NCBI GenBank assembly: GCA_013239625.1
Contig: MU057051.1
Location: 1,361,603-1,425,602, forward strand
Direction: 5' to 3'
DNA length: 64,000 nucleotides
DNA from: Lama guanicoe
Taxonomy: Eukaryota
Numbering within the stretch: the first letter of the stretch is position 1; each line of letters starts with the position of its first letter. Below, in pieces: positions 24,770 to 37,812 of this stretch. Both the position numbers and the translations under genes were made by a program. The notes under the pieces are model-generated. The model worked only from the letters and a program-made list of their open reading frames with translations. It was not told the origin of the DNA and did no database searches.

Positions 24770-26560
24770 AGAGCTTTTAAAATATACTTGCCGTTCACAC
24801 AGTAATTTCACTTTTAGGAATAGTAAATAATAATGGATTATATAAAGATTCAAATAAAAGAATGTTCGTTACTTGGAAGCAACCTAAATGGCCAAGTATA
24901 CACTCAGTGGAATAATATTCAGCCTTTAAAAATGATCTTGTGGGTAATAGTGACTTGGAAAGAGAATATATTAGTAAGTTTTTTCTTTAAATCAGGCTAA
25001 AAAGGACCCAGCAGAGATTGGGAGATTAGCTACCTAGAGGCAGATTGAGCAATGGATCAAGAGAATCAGGTTCCTCACTATCAGAGAAGAGAGTTACAAA
25101 TAGAAAAAGAGGGAAAGTTAGAATTCACCCTGCAGCATTGGACTGGAATTGAAGGCATTAGTGTCAATTTATGGTTTTCAGGATGCAAAATATAAAACCA
25201 AAATATGAAGGTAAATATACACGTATTACATATATGTATATTTCATGACTCTGTCCACCCTGTGTATCTGGGAGCATCAACACGCCGGTAGCCGTGAGCA
25301 CGCCACTTTGTACATCGTGAAAGAGCTCTCCATTAGAAAGAATCTCCATTAAGCAGTGGCCAAAACAGCTCAGCTGAGGCAGCATTAGACTGAAGAAGAA
25401 GGAACCTCCATTACAAAGAAGCAGGGCCTCTTGGAGAAATGGCTGATTCCAGGGGTAGAAAAGGGTAAGTGCACACTATGCCTGGAAGACCTTGTTCCAG
25501 CAAGTAAGGCAGTGCTCAGAGAACAATGTGGACATGTCAGTAGGACATGGAAGCTACCTTTCAGGGGCTCCCACTGGCTAAATACAGGATCATTTAATGG
25601 TCAGAATAATAAGTGATAGTAATAGAAATAAATAATAGTAGAAAACAATAGAAATCCATGGATCCACACTGATATAAATGAATGAAGAAAAAGCTCTTCT
25701 CTATAATAAAACATCAATTTAGAAATGTAGAAGAAATAATGGATTTAGAAATAGCTACCATTTGGTAGCTATCATAGTAATAATCAACTTAGTTAAGAAA
25801 TGTCAATGCATGCTAAAACTAGTGGAAAAGAGTTTTTTGAAGAATGGGATAGATAGATAGACAGTCAGTCAGTTTCAGAGTATCTCCACACAAAATACTT
25901 ACTAATTACAAAGGAAAAGCAAGTAATTTTATAGGGAAAAACCCAGCATACACCACCTACCAGTGACAAAAGTTAACATCACCCATAGTGGACAAATCAA
26001 ATAGTGTGTCATCTTACAAAATGCGCTGAGAGAGCACATCCTTTTGTGATCTTCTTGCCTCTCAGATGCATCAGCTGAATCTAACACTGAGGAAACATCA
26101 GACTAAACCAGATAGAGGGACCATTGACAGAAGGACTAACCTGTAATCTTCAAATGTGTCAAGGTCATAAAAGTCAAGTTAAGACTGAGGAATTGTCCCA
26201 CAGCGAAGGAAATTAAAAAGACTTGACAATTAAGAGCAACCTCTAGTTCTGGATTGGATCCCTTTATTTAAAGAACACTTATTGGTGAGCTTAAGGAGTT
26301 CTTTGTATTGTACTTTCAGAGTTTCTCGAAACTTGAAATCATGTCAAAATAAAAAATCAGGATATAATACAGTATGTAAGCTATAATCCCATTTTGTAGA
26401 AGTTGTACATCATAATATATGTGATACAAAGAGACAGATCAAAAAATATACATCAAAATACGGTAATCACTGAGCAGTGGGACTGTTTATATTTTTATTT
26501 TTTATCTGTTTATCTGTATTTTGTAATTGTTTAAAAAATGAATATATATTATCTTTGCAA
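24770..26560 (+). mobile_element. Nested old L1 3' regions (L1MC/MD-like within L1ME-like)
   Basis: ttggaagcaacctaaatggcc; ttggagaaatggctgattccaggg; gaggaaacatcagactaaacc; tcttcaaatgtgtcaaggtcat. Confidence 0.75.
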
Positions 26561-27508
26561 TGCAAGAAATTATTTTTGCTTTTCAGTATTCATGCACTTT
26601 GGTAATTTCCAGTCTCAAACTGGTAAGATTATGTTTTAAAGCGTAACTGCTTTATTTATAATTCAGTTAGCATCCATCATATATAATTTTGCACTTCCAA
26701 GTCACTGAAGATTGCATTTTATTCCTAAAATGTGGAAAATAGTCATATTTTGGAAATGCTGTCCATCTTTTCTCTTTAGTATATTACCTGTTGCTCCTTG
26801 ATCTTATTCCTGAAAAATAATCTGCTATAATTGAATCACTTCCTTTCTAATTTTTACAATAGAACATTTTAAATAGACTAACTCTTCTAAATACTACTTA
26901 TCTGGATTGTAAGAAAAATACTAAAATAACTGTCTTTTGCTATTGTGAATTTCAACATCTTTTTATTGCTTTTCTTAATTCATTCAGGATCATGTTATAA
27001 CTGTAAATGTCATTGTAAGGAATAATTAGAAATACTGATAAGACTAAAAGAATTAGTACTATTGCCAGAGTACACAATATCTCTTGTCTAGCAAACCCTT
27101 ACTAAAAGAATTTGAGATTCTTGTTAATTTGTTTCATTGAAATGAAATGTGTTCAACATTCCTATCATTTGCAAAGGCCAAGTGCTTATAGTGTGGGTCT
27201 GGGATCTCAGAACAAGAACCTTGCAAACTTTATATATGAGATTCTTCATCAGATTTTGATTAAATCTGGAGTTATGGTCCTTGTGTGCTTAACGTATAGA
27301 ACACAGCACTGAAAATGTACAGTAAGTGCACTTTCTTGCATGAAAACTAAAAAAAAAAAAAAATCCCTGGATAGTTTAGCTGAAAAGAAAGTAAACAGTG
27401 GGCCTTTGCAAACTTTTAAACCCAGAGGCACACACATATCTCCAATTAACTGAAACAAAATTCCCAGCATGCTTTGAGTGAAGAAGATATTCTTCAGTCA
27501 TGTCATTG

Positions 27509-27854
27509 GTTTTTGGTTTTGGTTTTGGTTTTCTTTTGTAATTAAAGTATAGTCAGTTTACAGTGTATCAATTTCTGGTGTATGGCATCATGTTTCAGTC
27601 ATACCTGTACATACATAAATTCCTTTTCATGTTCTTTTTCATGATAGGTTACTACAAGATATTGAATGTAGTTCCCTGTGCTTGTTGTTTATCTGGTTTT
27701 GTGAGGATTTTGTGTTTCCAATTGTAAGATATATTCTGCCAAAGTTCAGTAGGTATTCCGTGAGAACTGTTCTGTAAGTAGATGTAGTCTCTGATGTAAT
27801 TGTGAGAGAGGGTGAACACCGCATCCTTCCACTCTGCCATCTTGGCAGTCTCTG
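27509..27854 (-). mobile_element. Internally deleted L1: 5' end (27693-27854) fused to 3' tail (27509-27692), with TSD
   Basis: Minus strand starts ...gagactgccAAGATGGCagagtggaagg...tcaccctctctcacaattacatcagagactacatctac (L1 5' terminus with YY1 site) and ends in an L1 tail plus (CCAAAA)n. TSD catgtcattg at 27499-27508 and 27855-27864. Confidence 0.8.
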
Positions 27855-28261
27855 CATGTCATTGTATTGTGGCAGGTAATTTTAATACGTAAATCAGAAT
27901 AGTATATCGTATGGCTAGAAGTTTTTAACAACAAAACTGAGTCAGAGACATAGAAGTCTCGTATCACCTTTAACACCCCTTCTCTGCGTAGGTCTACACA
28001 GCACACTCTACCTTACTTACCAGACCTATAAAACAGAATCAGTATTACGTTGTGCAGTGGGAGAACCAGTTGAGCTTCGCTTGTGAAAATTAAGATATAT
28101 AATATATATAATCTCATAACCCAATAACATCTCTACTACACTGTAGCTGATCCTCAAGGCAAAGTCTCAGTCAGAGAAGGATGCTAAGTGAATGAAATGG
28201 GTCTTACAAACACCCAGGGCAATAGCAAATTAAGATGGTTAATGTAAAGGTTATGTTTAAA

Positions 28262-28775
28262 ATTAGGATTATTTTAGCTGCAAATGTAGAAAACTTACCT
28301 GAACGTGACTTAAATAAAAGAGCATTGACTATTTTACATGAAAGAGGTCTAAGAGCAGAGGCTGCAGAGAAGGTTAGGTCAGTACCTCAACAGTGACATC
28401 CATGACCAGGCTCTGCCATAATGCTTAGTTTTCTTCCATGTGTTGTCTGCCATTCTCAGACTCATCCCCTCATTGTTGCAACGTGGCTGCTACCACTCCA
28501 GACATCACGGTAGTAACCATGTCTGGAGGCAGAAAGGACAATGCTTCTCTTTTTTCCAGGGAGGAAAACTTTTCACAGAACGTCACCAGTAGACCTCCCC
28601 TTGGGTCTACTGGTCAAGACTTACTGGGTCAATGCCAATGTCCTGGCCACAAGGAAGGTGGGAAAGTTCCTTTCTGACCTTTAGCCTCTGAAATGAGCAT
28701 CAGCCCTGCCAGCAAGAAAGAAATAGGGGAAGATGGAAGGGCTGCCGGGTAGGCAACCAATACTGTCTACTTTAC
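28262..28775 (-). mobile_element. MaLR LTR (MLT1J/K-like)
   Basis: ttaggattattttagctgcaa...ttgcaacgtggctgctaccactccagacatcac...gggtaggcaacca. Confidence 0.7.
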
Positions 28776-29699
28776 CCTGTCCTTTCTGGTCAGCGTTTTG
28801 CCTTTTCTTTTCTTTAAAAAAAATGGACTTTTTATATAGCTTCAAGTAAGTTTTAAGTAAACCCATTAGATGTATTCATATGCTTTTGAATATGGTGCAT
28901 CTACAAGACCTTGTTTCTATGTAACTTTGCAAGTATGAGGAGGATGTTTGTAGTGGTCTCCTGTGTTTTCATTGGGCTGAACACCCTAACCCTAATGCTA
29001 ACCCTCTGTGCTGATAAGATTCCGAACTTATACCTGGGGCTCTACACTTTCATGATAATAATTAGCTTTGTATAAGACTTTATAATTGGAAAAACTCCCT
29101 ATTCATGATCATATCTTTCAAACCTTGCTCTCCACATGAAGGCTGTGTCCATTTATTTAAAATGAGCCAGGACAGTGGAGAGGCTGTAGACCTGGTGCTC
29201 CAGATCTGGGAAAGGTGAAAGCCACAGACCAGGCAGTTAAGCTTCAGCCTCTGGAAACACTGTCAACAAGCATCTGGGTGCGAGCCACTGGCCTAGTACC
29301 CAGGACACAGCTCCAGTCTCAAGGGAGGAAGAATAAGGCCAAGATGAGACTTTAGTCTGAAGGAAAACTTCTGTAATGGGAGGTTAGCAGATAAGGTTTG
29401 GAAATGGGGATCAGGGTAAAACTCCACAAGACCTGAGACTCAAGAGTATACAGAAAAACCCAGCAAGTTCTCAATAAATCTTGATGAAGGAACGAATGAA
29501 TGAGATAGCAGACTTGTAGCAAAGGTGATTTAATACTAAGTCATTGCATGTTGATCTTGAAGACCTTAGCATTAGTCCTAGGATCTGGGAGCTGACTGGA
29601 TCTATAATTAAGGATCAAATGTACCGTATTGGAAGTGGAAGAAGGAATGACGGTAGCTGGTGCCTTTATTAAGTCAAAGTTTTACTAAGAACAAAAGTT

Positions 29700-29830
29700 A
29701 CCGGGGTAGCCCCTTAATTACGCAGATTCTCAGCCACCTCCCTTAGAAATTCTGCCTAGGAGGTCTTGTGTAGGACACAGAAATTTTTAACAAAAATCCT
29801 AGGTGGTTCTGATGCTGTGGCCAGTGGAAT
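29700..29830. mobile_element. MER5-type fragment
   Basis: gcagattctcagccac...ttttaacaaaaatcctaggtggttctgatgc. Confidence 0.6.
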
Positions 29831-30289
29831 CATCTTACGTTCCAAATTGAACAATAAGCCCCTTAAGGATCAGCAGCATGCCTCATATTCCTTCTGTATC
29901 CCGCACAAAACCTAACCATGTGATGTAAATGCTCAAAGTGCACATCGATCGAAATCTCTCCCATTTTAAATTGGTGAGGTCACTGGAATTGACCACAAAG
30001 GATGATGATAGAGTCACCTGTTGAAGTTGAGATTATTCACCAGCTTAATGCTAACTGATTACTCCCATCTTTAAGGTGCTGGATGCTGTAGGGGACACAG
30101 AGGTGAGCGTTTGAGGTAACCAGTCGGGTAACAGATTTGTACAAAAATAATGTACTAGGAAGAAGAATTTGATGAATGCTGTGATATGGGGAAAAGTGCT
30201 CAGAGAGTAAAGTGATTAGGGGAGGTCAGCTCTGCCTTGAAGAACAAGAAGGCTTTCGATAGGCCCAAAAAAGAATGATCATTGCACAC

Positions 30290-30665
30290 AAAGTCATTCA
30301 TTGCTTTATTCATTCACTCATTTGTTCAACAAATGTTTACTGAGCATCTTGTATATGCCAGACACTGTTCCAGAGGTTAGGGGGACAGCAGGGTTCAAAA
30401 CTAAGTCCCTGCTTATATTCTAGGGGAGAGAGGAGACAGTCAATAAACAATAAGTAATGATATATTATGCTGTCCTTGATAAACTCGGATGTTCCATTTC
30501 TTGTATATGGGAGTCACATGAAAACTGAATTAGGAGGGAGGGCAGATGGGGGCAGGAGGGCCATTGAGGAGACCAGGGTAAGAACAGAGGAAGACATGTT
30601 AAGAATCCAGCCTATCCCATGGACAGTAAGGATGGAAAGAAATGGATTCAAGGGGCATTTTAGAG
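30290..30665 (-). mobile_element. L2 3' end
   Basis: ttcattcactcatttgttcaacaaatgtttactgagc...tatgccagacactgttc. Confidence 0.85.
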
Positions 30666-30909
30666 AGAAACTGTCACAAGGGCATACAAGTGTCTGACTA
30701 TAAATCACCACAAGTATAATGAGAAGAACAAATGTAAGAAAGTTACCATTTTCAGAACCTGAAAACCCAGGTCTTGACACCCACCTCCCTGGCTGTCCGT
30801 TTTTTTCATCCCTAGAGTAGGGTTCCCCAGACTCCCCTGCTGCCCACGTGGACCTGGAGATCATACGGAGAAATGACAGTAGACAAACAGTGAAATCATA
30901 AAAAAGGCT

Positions 30910-31260
30910 GGAGAAGATCTTTTCGTATTTATATGGAAGTCTCTAAGATGTATCATTAAACACAGAACCATGTGCCTAGCATACTACAATTTCTCTTTAA
31001 AAGGGTAGGGAAAGGATGTATTCATTTCTGTAATATGCGTAAATTAGCTCTAAAGAAATAGGTAACGTTACAAACCTGTGAAACGAAATATCACAAGAAA
31101 CTGGTAACGTTAGCTGCCTGTGGGAAAGGTAGCTGGGAGAATGGGGGACAAAGGTGACAGTGGAGAGCTGTTATAATATACCCTTTGGACTTCAAATTTT
31201 TTTCATTTGTGAATATATTGTCAATTTAAAAAACAAATAATATAATTTAATCTTAAGACA
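30910..31260 (+). mobile_element. L1ME-like 3' UTR fragment
   Basis: atatggaagtctctaagatgtatcattaa...cacaagaaactggtaac. Confidence 0.6.
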
Positions 31261-33119
31261 TTAAAAGTAAAGAAGAATACTGTAAAATACCTAGCTTGTG
31301 GCTGGCCATTAGATATCAGCCGTAGATAAATTATCTGTCACTGCTGTGAGTACTGATGTCAAGCGGCTTGCTCTTCTCTCCAGACATTGACCTTGCTCCC
31401 TCTGGTGGTGATGCCAGGGACTTGCACTAAGCAGGAGAACACAAATCGAAACACTGAATTCATGAGTAAATGAGAAGTGGACTGGATACACAACTTTATC
31501 TTCCATAACCCAGTCCAGCCGGTGCCTTTTCAAGGTAGCTTTCGACTTAGAAGACTGGCTCCTCCATGCTTCCCCAGGACACACAAGGAGTTAAGAATAG
31601 ATGTGATCACAGTGACTAGAGCACTAGCTCGGTTGACACAGACTTGTGGGTGCATCTTATAAAACTTCAGGACAGTACGTCTTAAAATAGATAACCTAGA
31701 AGTAAAGGTACAAATACTGTCCTTTGATCAAGGCAACTCAACCACAAGCATGATTTGTAATGAAGATGAATAATTCTGAGAACTTCCACAATTGATGATG
31801 TCCAAGGAGGCTGTTCCATTCTGTTCTGGTTGATGCTTGTCTTGCTGAAGGAGTGATGTTGCTCGTCAGAGTTTTCCTACTGTGAGCCCCAGTGAAACCT
31901 CCGGAACGTTAAATCCCATTAGCACTAGCCCCCTGGATGGAGAACTGATTTAATTGGGAGTCAACACACATTTTATATCTCTTTGGGAGAAAAATCTCAG
32001 GACTTGGGTGCGATGAACAGAAAAGGCTCTGTATGGCACTATGAGAGATAATTATACTATAAATTTCATCCTTGTTTGCAAAATGAGAAATATCTTTTTT
32101 AAAAAAAATACAGTCTACTCCCCACCCCCCAACTTTATCTGTCTAGGTAAATATAATTAGGTAATGGATGATGATTTGTTGGCATTTTATTTCTTGTGTT
32201 TGCAAGGGCATTAACACTGATCATAAAGCTCACAACAAATATGGTCGCTTTCTGATTTTCAGAGGCGAGAACGTGACTTTTGAGAATCAAATGGGCCAGA
32301 AGCGGGCATTCTTGCAAATTAACTCTTCCTGTATTCTGAACAGGATCAGGGAGACTTTTGTCTTAGCTGATTTGCATGCGCTAATTGCTAATTCTGAGTA
32401 AATGTGGAGTGATCACCTACACAATTACATTCATAAATTAATATTTTTACTCCACAGTTATTTACACACAGGAAGAAACAGTACAAATAATTTTAAGGCT
32501 GTGTCTACACTTACATAATGAAGTGGTTAATTAAAGTAATGAGCTAGTTAATGACAAGCCTAGAGATTTTTCATGAAATATCCATATAAGGGAGGAAGAA
32601 ATGTCTTTGGCTGAATAATTCTCTTAATTGCCTCAACATTTGATTTCACTTTCCATGCGCAGATACATGCCCTAAATGATACTTTGGTTATGAATCTAAA
32701 TTATCTTTTGATTTCTCATGAGTGGTAAGGATGCCAAGGCTAACTGCCAAGGTAACGGGATTAAACTAAACCAGAAGTGTCGCGCAGAAGGGAGATAGCC
32801 CCAACCTGAAAGATCAGACTGGACGCAGGCTGATTCAGGCAAGTAGGTGGCACTGAATACACAGAAACAGAGGCTGAGCTGGGACTAGAGTAGATCAGCC
32901 ATCGACTGTCAATACCTTGGGGCTCCTTTATCAGGGTGATCCACCCCAATTTTAGAGGACCCCATCCTTTTGCAACCTCTTAATCCTTTAGTCCAGTAGA
33001 TCTCTGACCTCCATGTGGGAGACCAAATTCCCTCTAACTGTTTGCTTCGCATGTGGAATCGAGGGGGCTGCCACAGACCCGAATCATCTGGGTTTGGACA
33101 ACCACCTCATTCCTTAGGG

Positions 33120-33400
33120 AAAAGATCTAGCCTTTTCCCTATTTCAGCGAAGAGCACACCATCCACCCAGCTGCCCAGAGCAGACCTCTAGTGGTCAGCC
33201 TCGATTCTTTGCTTTCCCTGGTGTCGGTCTGAGCTACCATCATCTCTGATCATTGCAACAGCCTCTTCATGGTCTCCCTGCCTCCACTCTGGCTCCCCTC
33301 AGCCACACCACTGATCCCCAAAGCCTATTCTCAGTGCAGCAACCAGTATAGTTCTTTAAAATGTGCATCATACTATATCAGTCCTCTGCTCAAAACCTTG
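33120..33400 (+). mobile_element. L2 fragment
   Basis: caccatccacccagctgcccagagc...ttgcaacagcctc...ggtctccctgcctccac. Confidence 0.75.
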
Positions 33401-33799
33401 TGATAGCTAGGGCTGAAGCCGTGGACATTCTCTGGATCTGAAAGCCTATAGAAGAGATAGGAGTTCAGCTTTGGTGAGATAACAAGGAGAAAAGCAGGTG
33501 GGGAACTAAAGCCCCTCTCACTGCTTGAAGCCATGACTAGGGGTGGAGCTGTCAAGTTCAAGGGTGCTTTGGCCCAGGAATATGATTTATGAGAAAATCA
33601 GCATTTATAGAGGTGAGGGGACACAGACACAGCCCCTTGACTTGGACCTGATGCAATATTACCTTGCATGTTAATAATATCCCCTAGGATGGGAGATGGG
33701 AGCAGTTGCCACTACACTGAGTTCTAGCCTGAGGTCTCTAGAGGAGACCATGTGAAGGCAACTGTAACATCACTAGACAGCAGGAGGTCAGCACAGAGA

Positions 33800-34450
33800 G
33801 GGAGAGAAACCAAAACCTCCCCCCTCGCCTGAATCTGAAAATCTAAATTCTAAAGCATAGGAAGAAAACTAATTCTAAGAAAGGGAACAATACAAAGTTT
33901 CAGGGAAAAGAGATTGAAAAGACTATAGGAGAGACAGTATTTGGAAAAAATAGAATTGTGCAAAATTTAAGAAAGGCAAAAGTTCTTAAATTGAAAATGT
34001 ACTGTAGAAACCAACAGGAAAATAAATTAAGTACACACTTAGCCTTATCCTAGTGAATTGGAAAATGTCACTGTTAAAGAGAAACTTTAAATGTTATCAA
34101 GGAGGGGAAAGCATTACTTACAGAAGGAGTACCATTAAACTAATAGCCAACTTCAGTCTTCAGACACCAGAAGGCAATGGGAAGTAGCTGCAAGTGTCAG
34201 AATTCCACATAAGTCTGACCTGTAATTGAAGAGTAAGAATAAAACAAAGACATTTTCTGGCAACTGAAAGTGTTTACCTGTTACTAGCTCTCAAATAAAA
34301 ATAATCCCTAAAGAATCTTGTCAAATAACAGTATAATCAATGTCAAATAATAATCTTGTCAAAGGGAAAAGTGAACTCAGAGGAAGTAAGTAAGACATAA
34401 TAAACAGTGAGCTTTGAAATTAGGTTGGTTTTAAATGTTACTTAATTTAA
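33800..34450 (+). mobile_element. Degenerate L1/HAL1 ORF1-like region
   Basis: atcctagtgaattgg...ttacttacagaagga...aaactaatagccaacttc...accagaaggcaatggg resemble L1 ORF1. No intact frame. Confidence 0.55.
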
Positions 34451-34466
34451 ATAACTATTTAGTGCA

Positions 34467-35047
34467 TATAGTAGATAGAATTATAAGATGGCCCAAGATT
34501 CTTCCTCCCTAATATGTACACCTTGCCTCGTTCCTATCCTTGAGTGTGAATGGGGCATCACAACCATGATTAGGTTATGTTTTGTGAAACAGTTAACTCT
34601 GAAGAAAATAGATTAATCTGGGTGAACCAGACCTAATCCAGTGAGCCCTTAAATGGAATTGATCACTCCTTAGAAATATTTGAAGCATGAGAAGGGTTTG
34701 ATGGAAGATTATTGTCTTTGAAGATAAAGAGGGTCACCTGTCAGGGGGTGAGAATGGCCAAGAGGAACCGAAAGCATTTCTCCCAGTGGTTAGCCTGTGA
34801 GGAATGGGAACCTGGTCCTACAGCCACAAGGAATTGAATTCTCCATATAAGCTTGGAACAGGGCCCCAGTTCCAGATTGGTATGTAGCCCAGCCAGTACC
34901 TTGATTTTAGCTTTGAGATCTTAAGCAGAGAACTCTGTCACACTGTGCCCAGATCTCTGACCTACAGAACCCTGAACATGTCAAAGAGCGTTATTGTTTT
35001 AAACCACCAAATCTGTGGTCATTTGTTTTGCAGCAACAGAAAATTGT
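34467..35047 (+). mobile_element. MaLR LTR (MLT1D/E-like)
   Basis: tagaattataagatggcccaagatt...cctacagccacaaggaattgaattct...ttttgcagcaacagaaaa. Confidence 0.85.
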
Positions 35048-35298
35048 TTTCAGTAGCTTAGTTCGATGGCTGTAATGAGGACTGATTGTAGCAGCACGAG
35101 TCTAGAGGACACAAAACCAGTTAGAAATTGCTGTCGTAATTTAGAATGAGGTGATACCAGAAAGAAAAACCCAGTTCCAGTCTGTGAAGGAAGAATCGTT
35201 TAGACTTGGGGTCCACAAAAACACACAGGGATAGTTACCTGCTATCGCAGTGATTAATTTGGAATCAATCATGAACTTTCTTTTGATATCATTCATGC

Positions 35299-35841
35299 TA
35301 TTAGCAGATAGAGTAAGGGTTCCCCAGAGGAAGAGAACCAGGCATGTGCCATTTTTGGCCGAAGCCAGTTTGTGATCTAAGCCTGGCCACAGTGCTTGTT
35401 CAGCAATGAATGATCTCAAGGGAATAAAAGAATGCAGGGACAGGCAACTGTTACCAGGAAGAGAAGTAACAGTAGCAAAGAGAGTATATCAGTTGCAAAG
35501 ACTCCCAGTTCTGTTTCAATGGTAGAGATTAGCCTGAAGCTTCAACCATCAGCTCAGCTGGAACCTAAGGAATGATGATGTTGACCTTTTCTCACCCTTG
35601 TGACTTCAGTCAACTAAAGCTTGAACTCTGTCAGCCACCGAAGCCCCTTCATGAATATGCGTGTACCCTTAGCTTAAAAGTTCCCCGGTTTTGCTATTCA
35701 GGGAGACACTGCTTTAGGAAAGATCCCTAGTGTTTTATTTTGTTTTGTTTTTAGTTGCTACAAGTAATAAATCCTTCTTTGACTTGAGTATTTCTTTTGG
35801 CTCAACACCTACCAAGAGGCAAACCCAATTTTCAGGTAACA
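35299..35841 (+). mobile_element. Solo ERV1-type LTR (same family as 51404-51992)
   Basis: Colinear similarity with the 51.4-kb copy (gtacccttagcttaaaa, gagacactgcttt, ttttcaggtaaca end). AATAAA near 35766. Near-TSD atgc/gtgc. Confidence 0.85.
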
Positions 35842-36108
35842 GTGCTACCATATTGGACTACTATTCCATTTGATTTTTATGTGTTTGTATTAGCTTCTCA
35901 AGTAGAGGAAAAGTTCCTTGTGGACTGAATTCCCCCACGGAATCATATGTCATAGGTATCAAATGATTTAATAAAATTGCAGCATGCTTTACCACCTGTT
36001 AGACTGGCTCAAATCAGAACAAGCTGACAATATCAAGAGCTGACAAGGACGCAGAGCAACAGTAACTGGCATGCATTCATTGCAGGGGGAATGAAAAATG
36101 GTAAAAGC

Positions 36109-36676
36109 TGTTACAGAACCCAAGTTGGTGTGCCCAACACACAGTGAGGCCAAATACACAGAAATATCAGAGTTGAAGCAGAGAGACGTTTCTTGCAGGG
36201 GCCAAGCAAAGAGGACAGGCGGCTTGAGCTCAAAAAACACAAACTCCATGATAGTTTTCAGGGAAGAATTTTTAAAGACAAATTCAGGATGAGGGCTGCA
36301 GGATGCACGACTTTCTTCTGATTGGTTGGGGGTGAGGTAACAGGGTGGTGTTCCAGGAATCTCGGTCATCAGCCTTCTGGTTTCAACCAGTCTGGGGTTT
36401 GTGTGCTTCTGGTCATTATGTAGTCACCATCTTAGTTCCTTCAGAACAACTCAGATATACTGTCAGATATACAGATTGTTATCTGTATCTCTTCAGGAGG
36501 AGTTAGGAGTCCTGTGACTCTATTGTCCTAATCTTAACTGCTTGAACCTGTCCTTTGGAACGCTTTGAGGAAGACTTAGAAAACTAAAGCCTTTTTCTTT
36601 TTCTGCAAACAAGAAGCGGGGGACGAAGGGGGGCTTTTGTACCCAGGAGGGCTCAGCAGGGTCCTGCTTGATTTCA
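36109..36676 (-). mobile_element. Solo ERV1-type LTR
   Basis: TG...CA termini (tgttacag...gatttca), near-TSD aagc/tagc, cleanly interrupts the L1. Confidence 0.85.
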
Positions 36677-37109
36677 TAGCTACTTTGGAAAACAGTTTGG
36701 CAGTTTCTTGTAAAGTTAAACATACACTTACCATAAATTCCACTGAAGGGAAAATAAAGACATATATACAGACAAAACCCTGACTTAAATGTTTATAGTT
36801 GCTTTATTCAAAATTACCACAAAAAAAGAAAGAAACAAAGAGCCCAAATATTCATCAGCTGAGGGATAAATGATGGCACAGCCATGCAGTGGCCCACCAC
36901 CCAGCAAGAACCCCCTGCGGAGACAAGCAGTAACAGGGACAAGTCTCAAAAAGCATCATACGAAGCGAAAGAAGCCCAGCCCAGAAGACTGCGTGCTGAT
37001 TGACTCTGTTTACGGGACTTTCTCAAAACGGCAGAACTGCAGGACAGAGAATGCGTCAGTGGTTACCAGGGCCTAGGGTGGGGGTGGGTAAAAGTGACCA
37101 TCTCAGGGT

Positions 37110-37564
37110 TGTTGTGGGCACAACGGGGACCAGTTGGTCAGTGACATGGTGACGCATGCAGGTTGGTAAAAGAATTTACCAGAGATAAAGTTTGGGACTA
37201 GAAAGGAGTTTATTGGGGGTGCACGGTCATAGCAGCGGGCCACGCAGACGACAAGTGCCTGTGTGGGCCCCGAGGGCCGGTTGTTGGGGTGTTTTATAAG
37301 GTGGGGTCCCAAGATGCCTGACGGGCTTGTGCACAAGTCTCTGACTGGCTGCAGGTGAGGTAAGAGGCTTAGGGTCCGTGAAGGGCGGTGGGGTCTGACT
37401 CTGATGAGGTGGGCTGAAGCAAGCCCGCCTGCGCCATTGTGAGATTAGGCATTACCCGGGGCTGTTAGTTTGTTAGGGCAAACTTGCCCCGTGAAGGATG
37501 TCAGACATCTGAGAGCCCAGGAGTGGGGGTCATTGGACTTTGAAGGACGTCGGTTGACCCAACA
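37110..37564 (-). mobile_element. Solo ERV LTR, CpG-rich (young)
   Basis: Termini tgttg...caaca. On the minus strand TATAAAA (~37292-37298) precedes AATAAA (~37208-37213). No TSD recognised. Confidence 0.75.
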
Positions 37565-37812
37565 AAGAGAATAGACATATTCTGTACTTTGTGGTGGTGG
37601 TTACAAGTCTGTATATGTGTCAGATTCATAGGACTGTGTATCTAAATGGGGTGGATTTTAATATAAGTAAATTATAGCCTGATAAGCCTGGCTTAAAAAG
37701 AAAGAAAATAAAAATTTTACTGCAATAAGCACTCTGCAGGGCCTTCACTCTCTGTCTGGTGAAACAGGCCCCCATTCAGAGCTTTTCAAGGCTGGATGTA
37801 AAGCATAGCATG

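Larger units (their letters stand above)
35985..37712 (+). mobile_element. L1MB/MC-like 3' end split by two LTR insertions
   Basis: L1 sequence ...aaatggtaaaagc| resumes |tactttggaaaacagtttggcagtttc after 36676, and gtggtggtggttaca resumes after 37564. Confidence 0.8.

Noticed and set aside
35989-36369. 126-aa minus-strand ORF as a retroviral gene
   Set aside because: Straddles an LTR/L1 junction; no gag/pol/env motifs and no internal ERV sequence seen anywhere in the window.
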